DNA of 64,000 bases from Eledone cirrhosa (lineage: Eukaryota): assembly GCA_964016885.1 (NCBI GenBank), contig OZ024743.1:343604001-343668000 (forward strand). The letters run 5' to 3'. Below the pieces are notes generated by a model. The model was not told the DNA's origin. It saw only the letters and a program-made list of their open reading frames with translations, and searched no databases. Each line of letters opens with the position of its first letter. Position 1 is the first letter of the stretch. A program made the position numbers and the translations under genes. Shown in pieces: positions 51,590 through 62,240 of this stretch.

Positions 51590-52345
51590 CAATGACTGGT
51601 AAAGGGGAGGATATATATCAAGAGAAAAGATAAAAGGAATGATATATTGGCTGGTATAATGGAAGTGAGATGACTGATAAAATGAACAGTAAATTGAGTG
51701 GCATAATGGATCGTTAGGTGACTGATGAAAGGAATGGTAAATTTACTGGTATAACGGATTGTTAGAAGAATGGTAAATTGACTGGAATAATGAGTGATTA
51801 GATAACTGATAAATTGAATGGTAAATAGACTGGTATAATGAATGGTAAGATAAGTAATAAAAAGAATGTTAAATTGACTGGTATAATGGATGGTAAGATA
51901 CATAATCAAAAGAATGTTTAATTGACTGGTATAGTAAGTAATAAAAAGAATGTTAAATAGACTGGCATAATGGATGGTGAGATGAATGGTAAATTGACTG
52001 GTATAATAGATGGTGAGATGAATGGTAAATTGACTGGTATAGTGGATGGTAAGATAAGTAATCAAAAGAATGTTAAATTGGGCTAGTATAATGGATGGTA
52101 AGATAAGTAATCAAAAGAATATTAAATTGACTTGTATAGTGGATGGTGAGATGAATGGTAAATTGACTGGTATAATGAATGATTAGATGACTGATAAAAT
52201 GAACAGTAAATTGAGTGGTATAATGGATGCTAAGAAGAATGGGAAATTGACTGGTGTAATGGATGGAAAGGTGACTGATAAATTGAACAGTAAATCAACT
52301 GGAATAATGGATGGTAAGTTATGTAATGAAAGGAATGGTAAAAGG
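51590..52345 (+). repeat. Minisatellite with ~48/32-bp units (aatggtaaattgactggtataatggatggtaaga...)
   Basis: Many degenerate units read directly. Confidence 0.9.
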
Positions 52346-52449
52346 ACTGGTAAAGGACTGAGTTAATAAAAGAATGGTTGTTGTTGGTGAGTATCTTTGT
52401 TGACTAGCTCTGTTTGAATTGATATAAATGTGAGGCATTTATTCAGATA

Positions 52450-52800
52450 TGACACATGGTACTGTGTTATATGGTGTCTGTGAAACATGGTACCATGTTC
52501 TGTAGTGTTTGTGACGCTTTGTACCCTGTTGAACATGGTACTGTGTAGCAACTGTTGAACTTATATGCTGTCTGTGGAGCATGGTACCATGGAATATAGT
52601 GTCTGTAACACTTGGTACTATGTTATGTAGTGTTTGTGACCCTTGGTACCATGTTATGTAGCATCTGTTGAATGTGGTACTGTGTAGCAACTGTTGAACT
52701 TATATGGTGTCTGTGGAGCATGGTACCATGGTATCTAGTGTCTGTAACACTTGGTACCATGTTACGTAATGTTTGTGACCCTTGGTACCATATTATGCAT
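52450..52800 (+). repeat. Degenerate minisatellite built on tggtaccatg with a higher-order duplication
   Basis: tggtactgtgtagcaactgttgaacttatat recurs at ~52536 and ~52675. Confidence 0.85.
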
Positions 52801-52859
52801 GGTAAAACAAATGTAAAAACAAATATGAAGATGATGTTGGTTATAATATATATCTACAG

Positions 52860-53062
52860 ATGCCAGATATGTCCATATGCCAGTCGTAACTCCAGTCAGC
52901 TGATTGTCCACATCCGTACACACACAGGTGACTCACCATTTCAGTGTCAGCTCTGTGATGCCAAGTTCAAGATCAATTCAGACCTCAAGCGACACGTCCG
53001 TATCCATACTGGAGAGAAACCATACAAGTGTGACCTCTGTGATTACAGGTGTTCAATTAAAG
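52860..53062 (+). CDS. ZFP64: ZFP64-like coding exon 6
   Basis: tacag|A TGC...ATT AAA G|gtatgt; CQICPYASRNSSQLIVHIRTHTGDSPFQCQLCDAKFKINSDLKRH, close to recalled ZFP64 fingers. Confidence 0.95.
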
Positions 53063-53465
53063 GTATGTCAACTGTATGGCTATCTCTCTCTTTCTCTGCC
53101 CTTGACACACACACACACACACACATATACATATACAACGCACAAACATGTTTTGACCAACAAGGGATTCTCCTAATAATCACCCAACCTCTTGTGTTTT
53201 TTTGTCTTCTCCTTTGTAAAGTTCAGCCTTTTGAGACCAGTTTTCATAACTTCTCATGTCTTCCTTGGTCTTCTTTTTGTGTAGGATAATTTGCCAAATC
53301 TTTAATCTTAATATCATCCTCTATATGCATCATATATCTACACCAGTGCACTATCCATTCTTGTACAGTACATCTGATACTTTTAATATATATTTATTGC
53401 TCCATCTCAACGTCTCTATCATTTTTATGGACATAATCATTGCCATCACTATTATTATTATTATC

Positions 53466-53655
53466 GGTGGATTGGCAGTATTGGTAGAAGGTCAGACGGT
53501 ATGCTTTTCAGCATAGAGTTACGGCCCTTTACGGTCTGAGTTCAAATTCTGCCGAGGTTAACTTTGCATTTCATCCTTACGGGGTCGATAAAATAAAGTA
53601 CCAGTAATGCACTGGGATAATTGCTGGCCTTGTGCCTATAGTAGAAACAATTGTT
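53466..53655 (+). mobile_element. Nin-like tRNA SINE
   Basis: Same consensus as 22479-22668. Confidence 0.88.
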
Positions 53656-53999
53656 ATTATCATTTTCAACAACGACTCCACCATCTTCTTAAAACACTAC
53701 CCTGTCTACTACTACTCTTTTTATTCTTTTACTGGTTTCAGTCATTGGGCTGCAGCCACACTGGAGCATTACCTTGAAGGGCTAGGACCTTTCAATTGTG
53801 TCAAAGACATGACAACCTTCCTTGTGCTGGTGCCACAAAAAATGCACCAAGTGTATGAGTACAGAAACATATGTGAGTAAGATGGGGCCTCAAATAGGTC
53901 TGAGAGGTCAGAGGCTCTAATTAAGTACTGATTTGGTCTATGATGACCTGTGCAGCACTTGCTAGCAGTGAAAACAGACATTAAAGGATGACATCCTCC

Positions 54000-54365
54000 T
54001 CATCATCATCATCATCATCACCGTTTTATGTCCATTCTTCCACACTAGAATGGGTTAGACGGGTTGTCCTGTTGTGGGCACTGCCAGGTCCGGCGACCAT
54101 GTCCTGCTCATACAGAACTGATTTTGGCTTGATTTCTACAGCTGGATGCCCTTCCTAACCAATCTCATTTACAGTGAGTGGTGGGTGCCTTTTTACTGTG
54201 GTACCTACACGACCACTTTACAGTGTGGACTGGGTACTTTTTTGTTGTGACACTACACGACCACTTTACAGTGGGAGGGGAGGGGGGGGGGCATACTGTC
54301 TATATGCTTCAGCTTGTACCTGTGGGAAGTCAGGTCTTTTGTAATGTAGAGGTCTTGGTCCTGTG
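54000..54365 (-). mobile_element. RTE 3' end fragment
   Basis: Reverse complement of the RTE 3' UTR with (CAT)n tail. Confidence 0.85.
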
Positions 54366-54414
54366 TCATCGCCAAACTCAGTAATTTGTTTAGTATTTAT
54401 TTTATCAATCCTGT

Positions 54415-55718
54415 AGAGAAGAAATTCCAAACATGGAAGCATGGCCTAGAATCAAAAGGCCTTAAAATTAACCTGTCTAAGACTAAAGTTCTAGTTTGTA
54501 GGAAGGAAATAGGGCACCGGTCCCATCCGGGAAATGGCCATGCTCAGTGTGTAGGAAAGGAGTAGGTAGAAACTCCATTTTATGTCCCAAATGCAAAGTA
54601 TCGGTGCATAAAAGATGTAGTGGGATCACAGGTAAGCTAACTAAGAACATAGATTTTATATGTGGCCAGTGCTCTGGTGCAATAAGTAGCAGCAAGTGCC
54701 CACAGAATACTAGCTCATTCCATTGCACAGATGGTTCTATAGAAATAGTGGACACCTTCCGTTACTTGGGTGACAAAATCAGCAGTGGTGGAGGGTGCTC
54801 TGAAAGTACAGTAGCTAGAGTCAGAACTGGATGGAAAAAGTTCAGAGAGCTTATACCACTATTAGCCGCTAAAGGGTTCTCTCTAAAAATGAAAGGCAGG
54901 CTGTATGATGCCTGCATACGAACAGCAATGTTACATGGCAGTGAGACCTGGGCATTGTGTGCAGAGGATATACGCAGACTGGAGAGGAACGAAGCTTGCA
55001 TACTCCGCTGGATGTGTAATAGTAATATACGTGAACGGCAAAGCATAAACGAACTAAGGGAAAAATTAGAAATAAGAGGGATCAGATGTTGTTTACTCGA
55101 GAGAAGACTACGTTGGTATGGTCACGTGATGCGCATGAAAGACGACAGCTGTATAAAAAAGTGCAGGGCAATAAAAATAGACGGTAGCCACGGAGTAGGC
55201 AGACCCAGAAAAACCTGGGACGACTTGATAAATTCCGACCTCACACACTTACACCTCTCCAAGACAATGTCACTGGACCGAGATCTTTGGCGCTACACAG
55301 TAATACAGAAGACCCGCCTTACCTAAGTACAAAGTGAAACCTACTACAGTCAGTAGGCACCTCTAATAAAAATACACCCCCGTCCCACTACCCCCACCCC
55401 ATCCACACCACCCCTTTCAATGTAAAGTTATGTTGGTACCACAACATCCAGTCCGAAACAAATGAGGTCGTGTCGGTGTCACGACAAAAAAACACACAGT
55501 CCACGCTGTAATGTGGCCGTGTAGGTAACACGGTAAAAACCTCCCAGTTCCACACTGTAAACGTGGTTGGTGTTAGGAAGGGCATCCAGCCATAGAAAAC
55601 CCGCCAGAGAGTCCTATGTGAGCAAGACAACACTCTTGCCTCAAGTGGGAAAACTCCCGTCCAAACCCATGCAAGAGTGGAAGATGGACGTTAAACGATG
55701 ATGATGATGATGATGATG
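54415..55718 (+). mobile_element. 5'-truncated RTE LINE, subfamily 2
   Basis: 259-aa ORF with PHD-like finger and LRWYGHVMRM; (TGA)n tail. Confidence 0.93.
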
Positions 55719-56148
55719 TAAGTGATGAAAGGTAAAGTTGACCTGGGTGTCAAGATATGTGACTTGTACAGAACCAAATACCACAAAATATTTTTGTTTA
55801 ATGCACTGATTCTATGACAAAAAACCCGGCCCATACTGTAAATGTGGTTGCTGTTAGGAAGGGCATCCAGCAATAGAAATCTACCCAAAAACAGTCCTAA
55901 ATGAGCAAGACACAGTCACCTGATGCCACCCATCTGACCCATGCTAGCATGGAAAATGGACGTTAAATGATGATGATGATGATGATGATGATGATACACA
56001 CACATCTTAAAAGCTTTTGCATTATTTCTGTTTACCAAATTTTACTTACAAGGATTTGCTCAACATGGCTCCCTCACATTATGATTCTGATTACTATTAA
56101 CATTATATTGTATGATTAATATAATATTACTATTAGCATTTTATTATG

Positions 56149-56628
56149 CTAGCAGAAAAACCACCCCACGGGTGGTTTTTTGCTAGTATGTGTAGTGTGT
56201 ATGTTGATATTATACGCAAATATATATACATGTAGATATGATACATCAAATGAAATCGTAATTGACAATATACACAGAAATTGAACGAAGACTGTGTTAC
56301 ACTGTCTTATGTAATCAGTAACGCAATCCATGATACATTAAAAAAAGACGATGTTATATTTAAACTGCATTAGGAGAAAATTAGTGATGGAAATATATGA
56401 ATATTTATTTAAGCGATCGCTAACTGGAAGTGTTGACATTTGAAAATTTTAAAGAAGTGAATCTTAAAATAAGTAATAGCATTATTTATCAAGAATAAAG
56501 AAATTTAGTAGATAAAGTATGTAATATTCATTCATTATTTATTCAAAGTAATCCAACTTATTTTACAAACGGGATAAAAAAATATATTCTGGATGCAGTC
56601 CCACACTCCTTACTTTATTATAGTTAGA
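56149..56628 (-). mobile_element. Non-autonomous Helitron A
   Basis: Minus strand: 5' a|TCTAACTATAATAAAG; 3' hairpin AAAAACCACCC-GTG-GGGTGGTTTTT then CTAG. Confidence 0.7.
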
Positions 56629-56805
56629 TGATTAATATATTACTATTAACATTATATTATATCATTAATATAATATTACTATTAACATTATATTATATCA
56701 TTAATATAATATTACTATTAACATTATATTATATCATTAATATAATATTACTATTAACATTATATTATATCATTAATATAATATTACTATTAACATTATA
56801 TTATA
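56629..56805 (+). repeat. 36-bp AT-rich minisatellite, ~5 copies
   Basis: tcattaatataatattactattaacattatattata repeated; degenerate units also at ~56090-56148 and 57916-57995. Confidence 0.95.
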
Positions 56806-57915
56806 CCAGCAGTGGTACCCGGCGTTGCACGGGATAAGGTATTTTGGAACGCGGGCCGCCAACAGACCTAATCGTAGAAAAACTGCATGCCTGGACAATA
56901 TGTAAAGAAAATAAACCGAATACTCTGATGGCTGGATAATCTTTAAGATTTTCCTCGATGAATCAGGAAAAATGCAGGTTTTCACCTAATGCGGGCCCTA
57001 GGGGATCAAGAAAATGAATTTTTTTTATGTGCATAATATTGCTTGAAATTTCGGGAAAATCAGCTAGACGTAATGCCTCAAAAAAGCCCTAAAAAGCTGA
57101 AAAAATGAAGTTTTTCAGCTAATGCGGGCTCTAGACCATAAAAAAGTTGGATTTTCTTTGCTCACGGTATGAAGAAGAGACTTATTAATACATAGTTACA
57201 ATTTCAAGGAAATCGGTCTGACGTAACGCCTCAAAAAACCCCTAAAAAGCTGAAGAAACGCAGTTTTTCACCTAATGCGGGCCCCAGGGGATAAAAAAAT
57301 TGAATTTTTTCACTTCCTGAAACATAGGTAATACACATGTAAAGTTTGAAAAAAATCGGTTGGGTACTTCTCGGGTTTCACACACACACACACACACATA
57401 CATACATACATACATCCTTCCTCAGTTTTATATATATACATATATAGATTAAAATAACAGATTAAAGTTTAAGCAAAGAATCGTTGCTTTCACCCTTAAC
57501 AGGATCTTCTGAAACTGAAAACATCAATCTGTGAACGCAGAAGTAAATATTTTGAAAAACGTTGCAACCGAAGGAAAACAGGAAGACGATACTTTGGTTC
57601 GTGAAAACGTTCCCTGGCAATGAACGGATAATAGCGAACATAATACATCATCATTGTTCGTCAGAATGTCGTAATGCAGACAGCTAGGCACACAGACAGA
57701 TATTATAAGAACGCTACAGAGATGGATAACCGGTGCCTAACACCCCTTTAACAACAGAAAATTGAAAAATAAAAGTTGCAGTTAATATCTTTAGACCACA
57801 AGGAATATATAAATGCAAGTTTGAAGTCAATCGGAGTAGAAATGTGGATTTGTATAGACTTTGCAAAAATGAGGACACACATACACAGACAACAACAGTT
57901 TTATATATATATAGA
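56806..57915 (-). mobile_element. Composite non-autonomous Helitron (5' ends at 57915 and 57448, one 3' end at 56806)
   Basis: Two a|TCTATATAT...ATAAAACTG starts each followed by (GT/ATGT)n; 3' hairpin CCCGTGCAACGCCGGG then CTGG|t; three ~140-bp internal subrepeats. Confidence 0.8.
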
Positions 57916-57999
57916 TGATTAATATATTACTATTAACATTATATTATAACATTATATTGTAATATGATTAACATTATATAATATGATGGCATTATATTA

Positions 58000-58185
58000 C
58001 GGTGGATCGGCAGTATCGGTAGAGGGTTGGACGCCATGCTTTCCAGCATAGTTATGTCCCTTTACGGTCTGAGTTCAAATCCCGTCGAGGTTAACTTTAC
58101 CTTTCATCCTTACGGGGTCAATAAAATAAAGTATCAGTAATGCACTGGGTAATTGCTGGCCTTGTGCCAAATGTAGAAACAATTA
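58000..58185 (+). mobile_element. Nin-like tRNA SINE
   Basis: Same consensus as other copies. Confidence 0.88.
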
Positions 58186-58404
58186 TATTATATTCTCTTT
58201 TACTTTTTTACCTGTACCAGCCATCCAGCTGAGGCCAGGCTGGGGCATCGGTCTTGTTAAAAGTTTATTAAGACACCCTTAATGTAGATCCTGACTGTGA
58301 CTAAACCCCAGACCAGGATCTCCACCATCTCTAATACCTCCCACTAGGCCACCGAGACAGCTATACATTATATTATAATATGATAACATTATATAATTAT
58401 TAAC

Positions 58405-58662
58405 TAAAGTGGTCGTGTAGGTGTCATGACAAAAAGCACCCAGTCCACGCTGTAAAGTAGTTGTGTAGGAGACACAATAAAAAGGCTCCCAGTCCACACT
58501 GTAAATGTGGTTGGTGTTAAGAAGGGCATCCAGCCGTAGAAAATCTGCCAGATAGTCCTATACTAGCGAGACACGGTCACCTGATCAATCTTGTCTCAAG
58601 AGGGATAATTCCCGTCTAACCCATGCTAGTGTGGAAAATAGACGGTAAACAATGATGATGAT
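58405..58662 (+). mobile_element. RTE 3' UTR fragment
   Basis: cactgtaaatgtggttggtgttaagaagggcatccagc...gtctaacccatgctag...tgatgatg. Confidence 0.8.
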
Positions 58663-58810
58663 ATAGTATGATAACATTATATTACTATTAACATGGTAGT
58701 TACCATTGCCACTTGTACCAAAACATGCACATGCCAATACAAACTTGATAATGATAATGATGATGATGATACTATTCTAATCATAAAATTTTTCTTTCTC
58801 TCTCTTGCAG

Positions 58811-60759
58811 CTAACCTTAAAAGTCATTATCGAATTAACCATTCAACAGATGACCAGATCCATTGTGATAACTGTAGCTATACTACATCTTCTCGCAAGA
58901 GTTACAGGGAACATATAAAGACACACGATACTGACCGTCCCATCAAATGTTCATCTTGTCCATATCAGTGCTCTCGTAAAAGTGCATTAATCAACCACTT
59001 GCGCACACACAGTGAGGACCGGCCATTTTGTTGTGACTATTGCACCTATACTTCAAAGCAGAGTAGTAATGTCAAAACTCACATGAAGAAAAAGCATTTG
59101 GACAAACTGAGACAGAAAAGGAAAACAAACTTACGTAAGAGGTCAGAGCTTATTGAGAAAGTTTCAGCCAATGTGAGCACCAATTCCTCACCTGTAATGA
59201 ATCTGGAATCATCTGGTGGGTCTCAAATGAGAATCAAGCCAAACTGCAAGAAATCTTTTTGCTGTGTGCAATGCAATGCTTCCTTTGTCCGACAAGATTC
59301 TTTGCGAAGTCACATGCGACAGCATCGAGATATTGAAAAAGCTCTGCAGACTTCAACAATGAGAGTGCTTCAAGTACAGAATCCCCCACTGCCATTGAGC
59401 TCTCAAGCAAACCAAACGAATGGAAAAGGATCTTCACCCCAAACTCTAATGAGTCTTCTTACTACTGATACAGCTAATAACAATAACCATAACCAGTTAC
59501 TATCTTCCACTAACAGATTCACTACTACACTTGTTGGTGCTGAGAGTAGCTCATCTTTGAAGTCTTCTGTTCCTGAATCTTCTCCTATAGTATCCACACC
59601 ATCAGTTGTCAACATTACTTCAGCCTCACACATTCCAAAATCTAATAAAGATGCTCTTATATATCAACAACCATTCTTAAATATTGGAAATCTAAGCAAC
59701 AACCGGATTTCCTCGGATACAGGACAGTCCATTTTAAAAAGTTTGGCCACCTCAAAATCTCCTTTAATTAGTGAGCAACAACAACAAGTAACACTGTCAT
59801 CAACTAGTAATATACCAGTCACGATATCTAATCAAATTGCATTGACACCAAACAGTTCATCTTTTATATCTATTGCTAAAGATCTGGCTTCCAATAATAT
59901 TGTTTTCACCCAATCCACAAATTCTTCCTCTCTAGAAACTCAAGCTGGTAACCTACCACAGACTGTTAACCAAAGTTTGGTTGATCACACATCTCAAACA
60001 GCACATTGTCTACCAAGGGACTCAGTAGGAGCCCCTTTATCAACTTTGGCAACTGGCTCACAGACGACTGTGTCACAAGTGCTACCATCAACTGTGAGTA
60101 GTCCAACAGTAAGTAGTGGTGCCCAGAGTGTTATGAATGGTATCTTGTTGAGTAGCCAACCACAACAGAGTACTATTGTTACTCCACAGTTCTTACAGGC
60201 AACTCCCAACACTCTACAGCTCATTTCAAATATCTCTCTACCTGTCATACGAATGCCAACAGCATCCCTCAGCACTCAGCTTTTACCTAACCAAGTTGCC
60301 GGGCAACGTTCTGAGCAAATTAGAATAGTGAGTTCACCTCTAAGTCCTACTTTGACTAACCATCAACAACACCATTCCACTACATCAGAAATTCCTGTTC
60401 ATATCCTATCGCAGCATACTTCTCAGGCAGGTACCATTCCTATTAATGTTCAAATATCTCGAATTGACATTGATGCTACAACTATTAAAAATGAACTTGA
60501 ACAATGTAACACTGCTGGTTTGTCTTCAGCTTCTCTTCAATTAATCCTACCACCAAGTCTTCAGCCAACCACACCAGCTACTATACAACAGGTTGGAACT
60601 TTAACATCTGCTGCCAATATCACAGCTAATGCAGTCAACATCCCAACGACAGCCAATGGAGAGATTATTGTACGAGTAACAAGTTCTGGTTCAACAGATA
60701 TTTCATCCTGTTTACCATTAGAGCAGATTGCCAACACTTCAAACAGAGTCACCCCATGA
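58811..60759 (+). CDS. ZFP64: ZFP64-like last coding exon: C2H2 fingers plus long S/T/Q-rich tail
   Basis: ttgcag|CT AAC CTT; NLKSHYRINH...FVRQDSLRSHMRQH; TGA ends 60759; exon total 4038 nt = 1345 aa + stop; AATAAA at 60882. Confidence 0.93.
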
Positions 60760-61066
60760 CAACTGACTGCTAACTTAGTCCTTGTTCTAGACCAGAAACT
60801 GACCACTGCAAAAGAGACTAACTCTTAATGTAAATATATTAACTTTAATATTTGTTTTTCTTAGTAATTTTTTCTTTCTTGAATAAATCCAAACACAAAG
60901 GGTCCCGACAATCTTTACAGTACATGACTACAAATGAAGGTATAGTCCATTGAAGGGATTTCTGATATATTACTAGTACTTATATATAAATGGAAACTTT
61001 ATAGAAGGTCTTCGTATTCCGATTCCGCCCTGCTCATCCCTTCAATCTTTTTAATTTCTCATACTT

Positions 61067-61102
61067 TCTTCTGATGAAGGACTAGCATCTGAAACGTTAA
61101 GA
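61067..61102 (+). ncRNA. Putative minimal type I hammerhead motif (Penelope-like remnant)
   Basis: tctt-CTGATGA-agg actagca tct-GAA-ACGT-T-aaga. Confidence 0.45.
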
Positions 61103-62084
61103 CCCTCTTCCTGCTATTTCAAGCATTAAACTAATATATTCCTTCCATATACTGTACTGACTGTGTTGTTATTTCTGTTTACCTTTTACACACACACACA
61201 CACTCACACGCATATATATATATGTATATATACACAAGGTTATAGTGTAACAGTTCACTATTTTCATTGGTAAGATGAGTTAAGCTCAATGCACATTTTT
61301 ATCCTTCGTTCTTCAGGAGTGAACAGTTATAGTAGCAATGCATTTACAATTCAAAATTCAATAAGATCAAGGATTAGCTTTAGTATTATCTATTTATGCA
61401 TCTATGGTCATTTCAATGTGGTTAGAGTATCTCATCAATTCTGGAGAAAAAACAGATATTATCAGTGAAGTTACTCCATTATAGGTGCCATACTCAAAAC
61501 CGTATCTCTTCAGGAAATATAATAAAAAATAACAATAAATTCTGGCTCTGATTAAGTGCTGAGTTGGTCAGTGATAACTGATCCAATTCTTGTTAGAAGG
61601 GAAAACTGACAATATATAGCTTATAATACCAATATATGATACACAATTACAAAATTTCTATATCTTACATTTATCTATTTCAGAATGCAGTGTAGAGGTT
61701 CAACTGTGCCTCATCTATCAATCCTCCACACCTCAAGAAACAGTATGATGTCTCAGTCCACTTTTTCTACCATCAGAAGTACATTACCCAATTTATTAAA
61801 CAATTATTTATAGTTATCAACTATTATTATAGTTATCAGCATTGTGGCAAATATATTTTCAAATTACAAATTTCCCAATGTTTCATAAGTTAACCAGATG
61901 ATAAATAAATAAATAAATAAATAAATAAAATGAAAATCTGTTCTTGATGCTGAATTATGGAGGAGATTTCTAATGAAGTGGAGTAAAAGATGAGCCTCCA
62001 CTCTTTGCCTTGAGTTTATTATTGTGATTGTTTTGACAAATCTGATGACAATCTCTCAGGATTGGTCAACAGTATTTTTGGTGT

Positions 62085-62240
62085 AGGCGGCGAATTGGCA
62101 GAGTCGTTAGAATGCCGGATAGAATGCTTTATGGTATCCATTCCGGCTCTGTGCTCTCTGAGTTCAGATACCGTCGAGGTCAACTTTGCCTTTCATCCTT
62201 TCAGGGTCGATAAAAAAAGTACCCCTCTAGTACTAGGGTC
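62085..62240 (+). mobile_element. Older Nin-like SINE
   Basis: ggcggcgaattggcagagtcgttag...gtcaactttgcctttcatcctttcagggtcgataaa. Confidence 0.8.

Noticed and set aside
51409-52065. 218-aa repetitive ORF on minus strand
   Set aside because: Translation of a minisatellite antisense to ZFP64.
56149-56186. Rho-independent terminator-like hairpin suggesting bacterial DNA
   Set aside because: No bacterial genes nearby; better explained as a Helitron 3' end.
56629-56805. 36-bp repeats resembling a CRISPR array
   Set aside because: Head-to-tail repeats with no spacers, no cas genes, eukaryotic intron.
58693-58810. ATG at 58693 as the start of a separate 688-aa gene
   Set aside because: This stretch is intronic; the acceptor at 58810 completes a zinc finger begun in exon 6.
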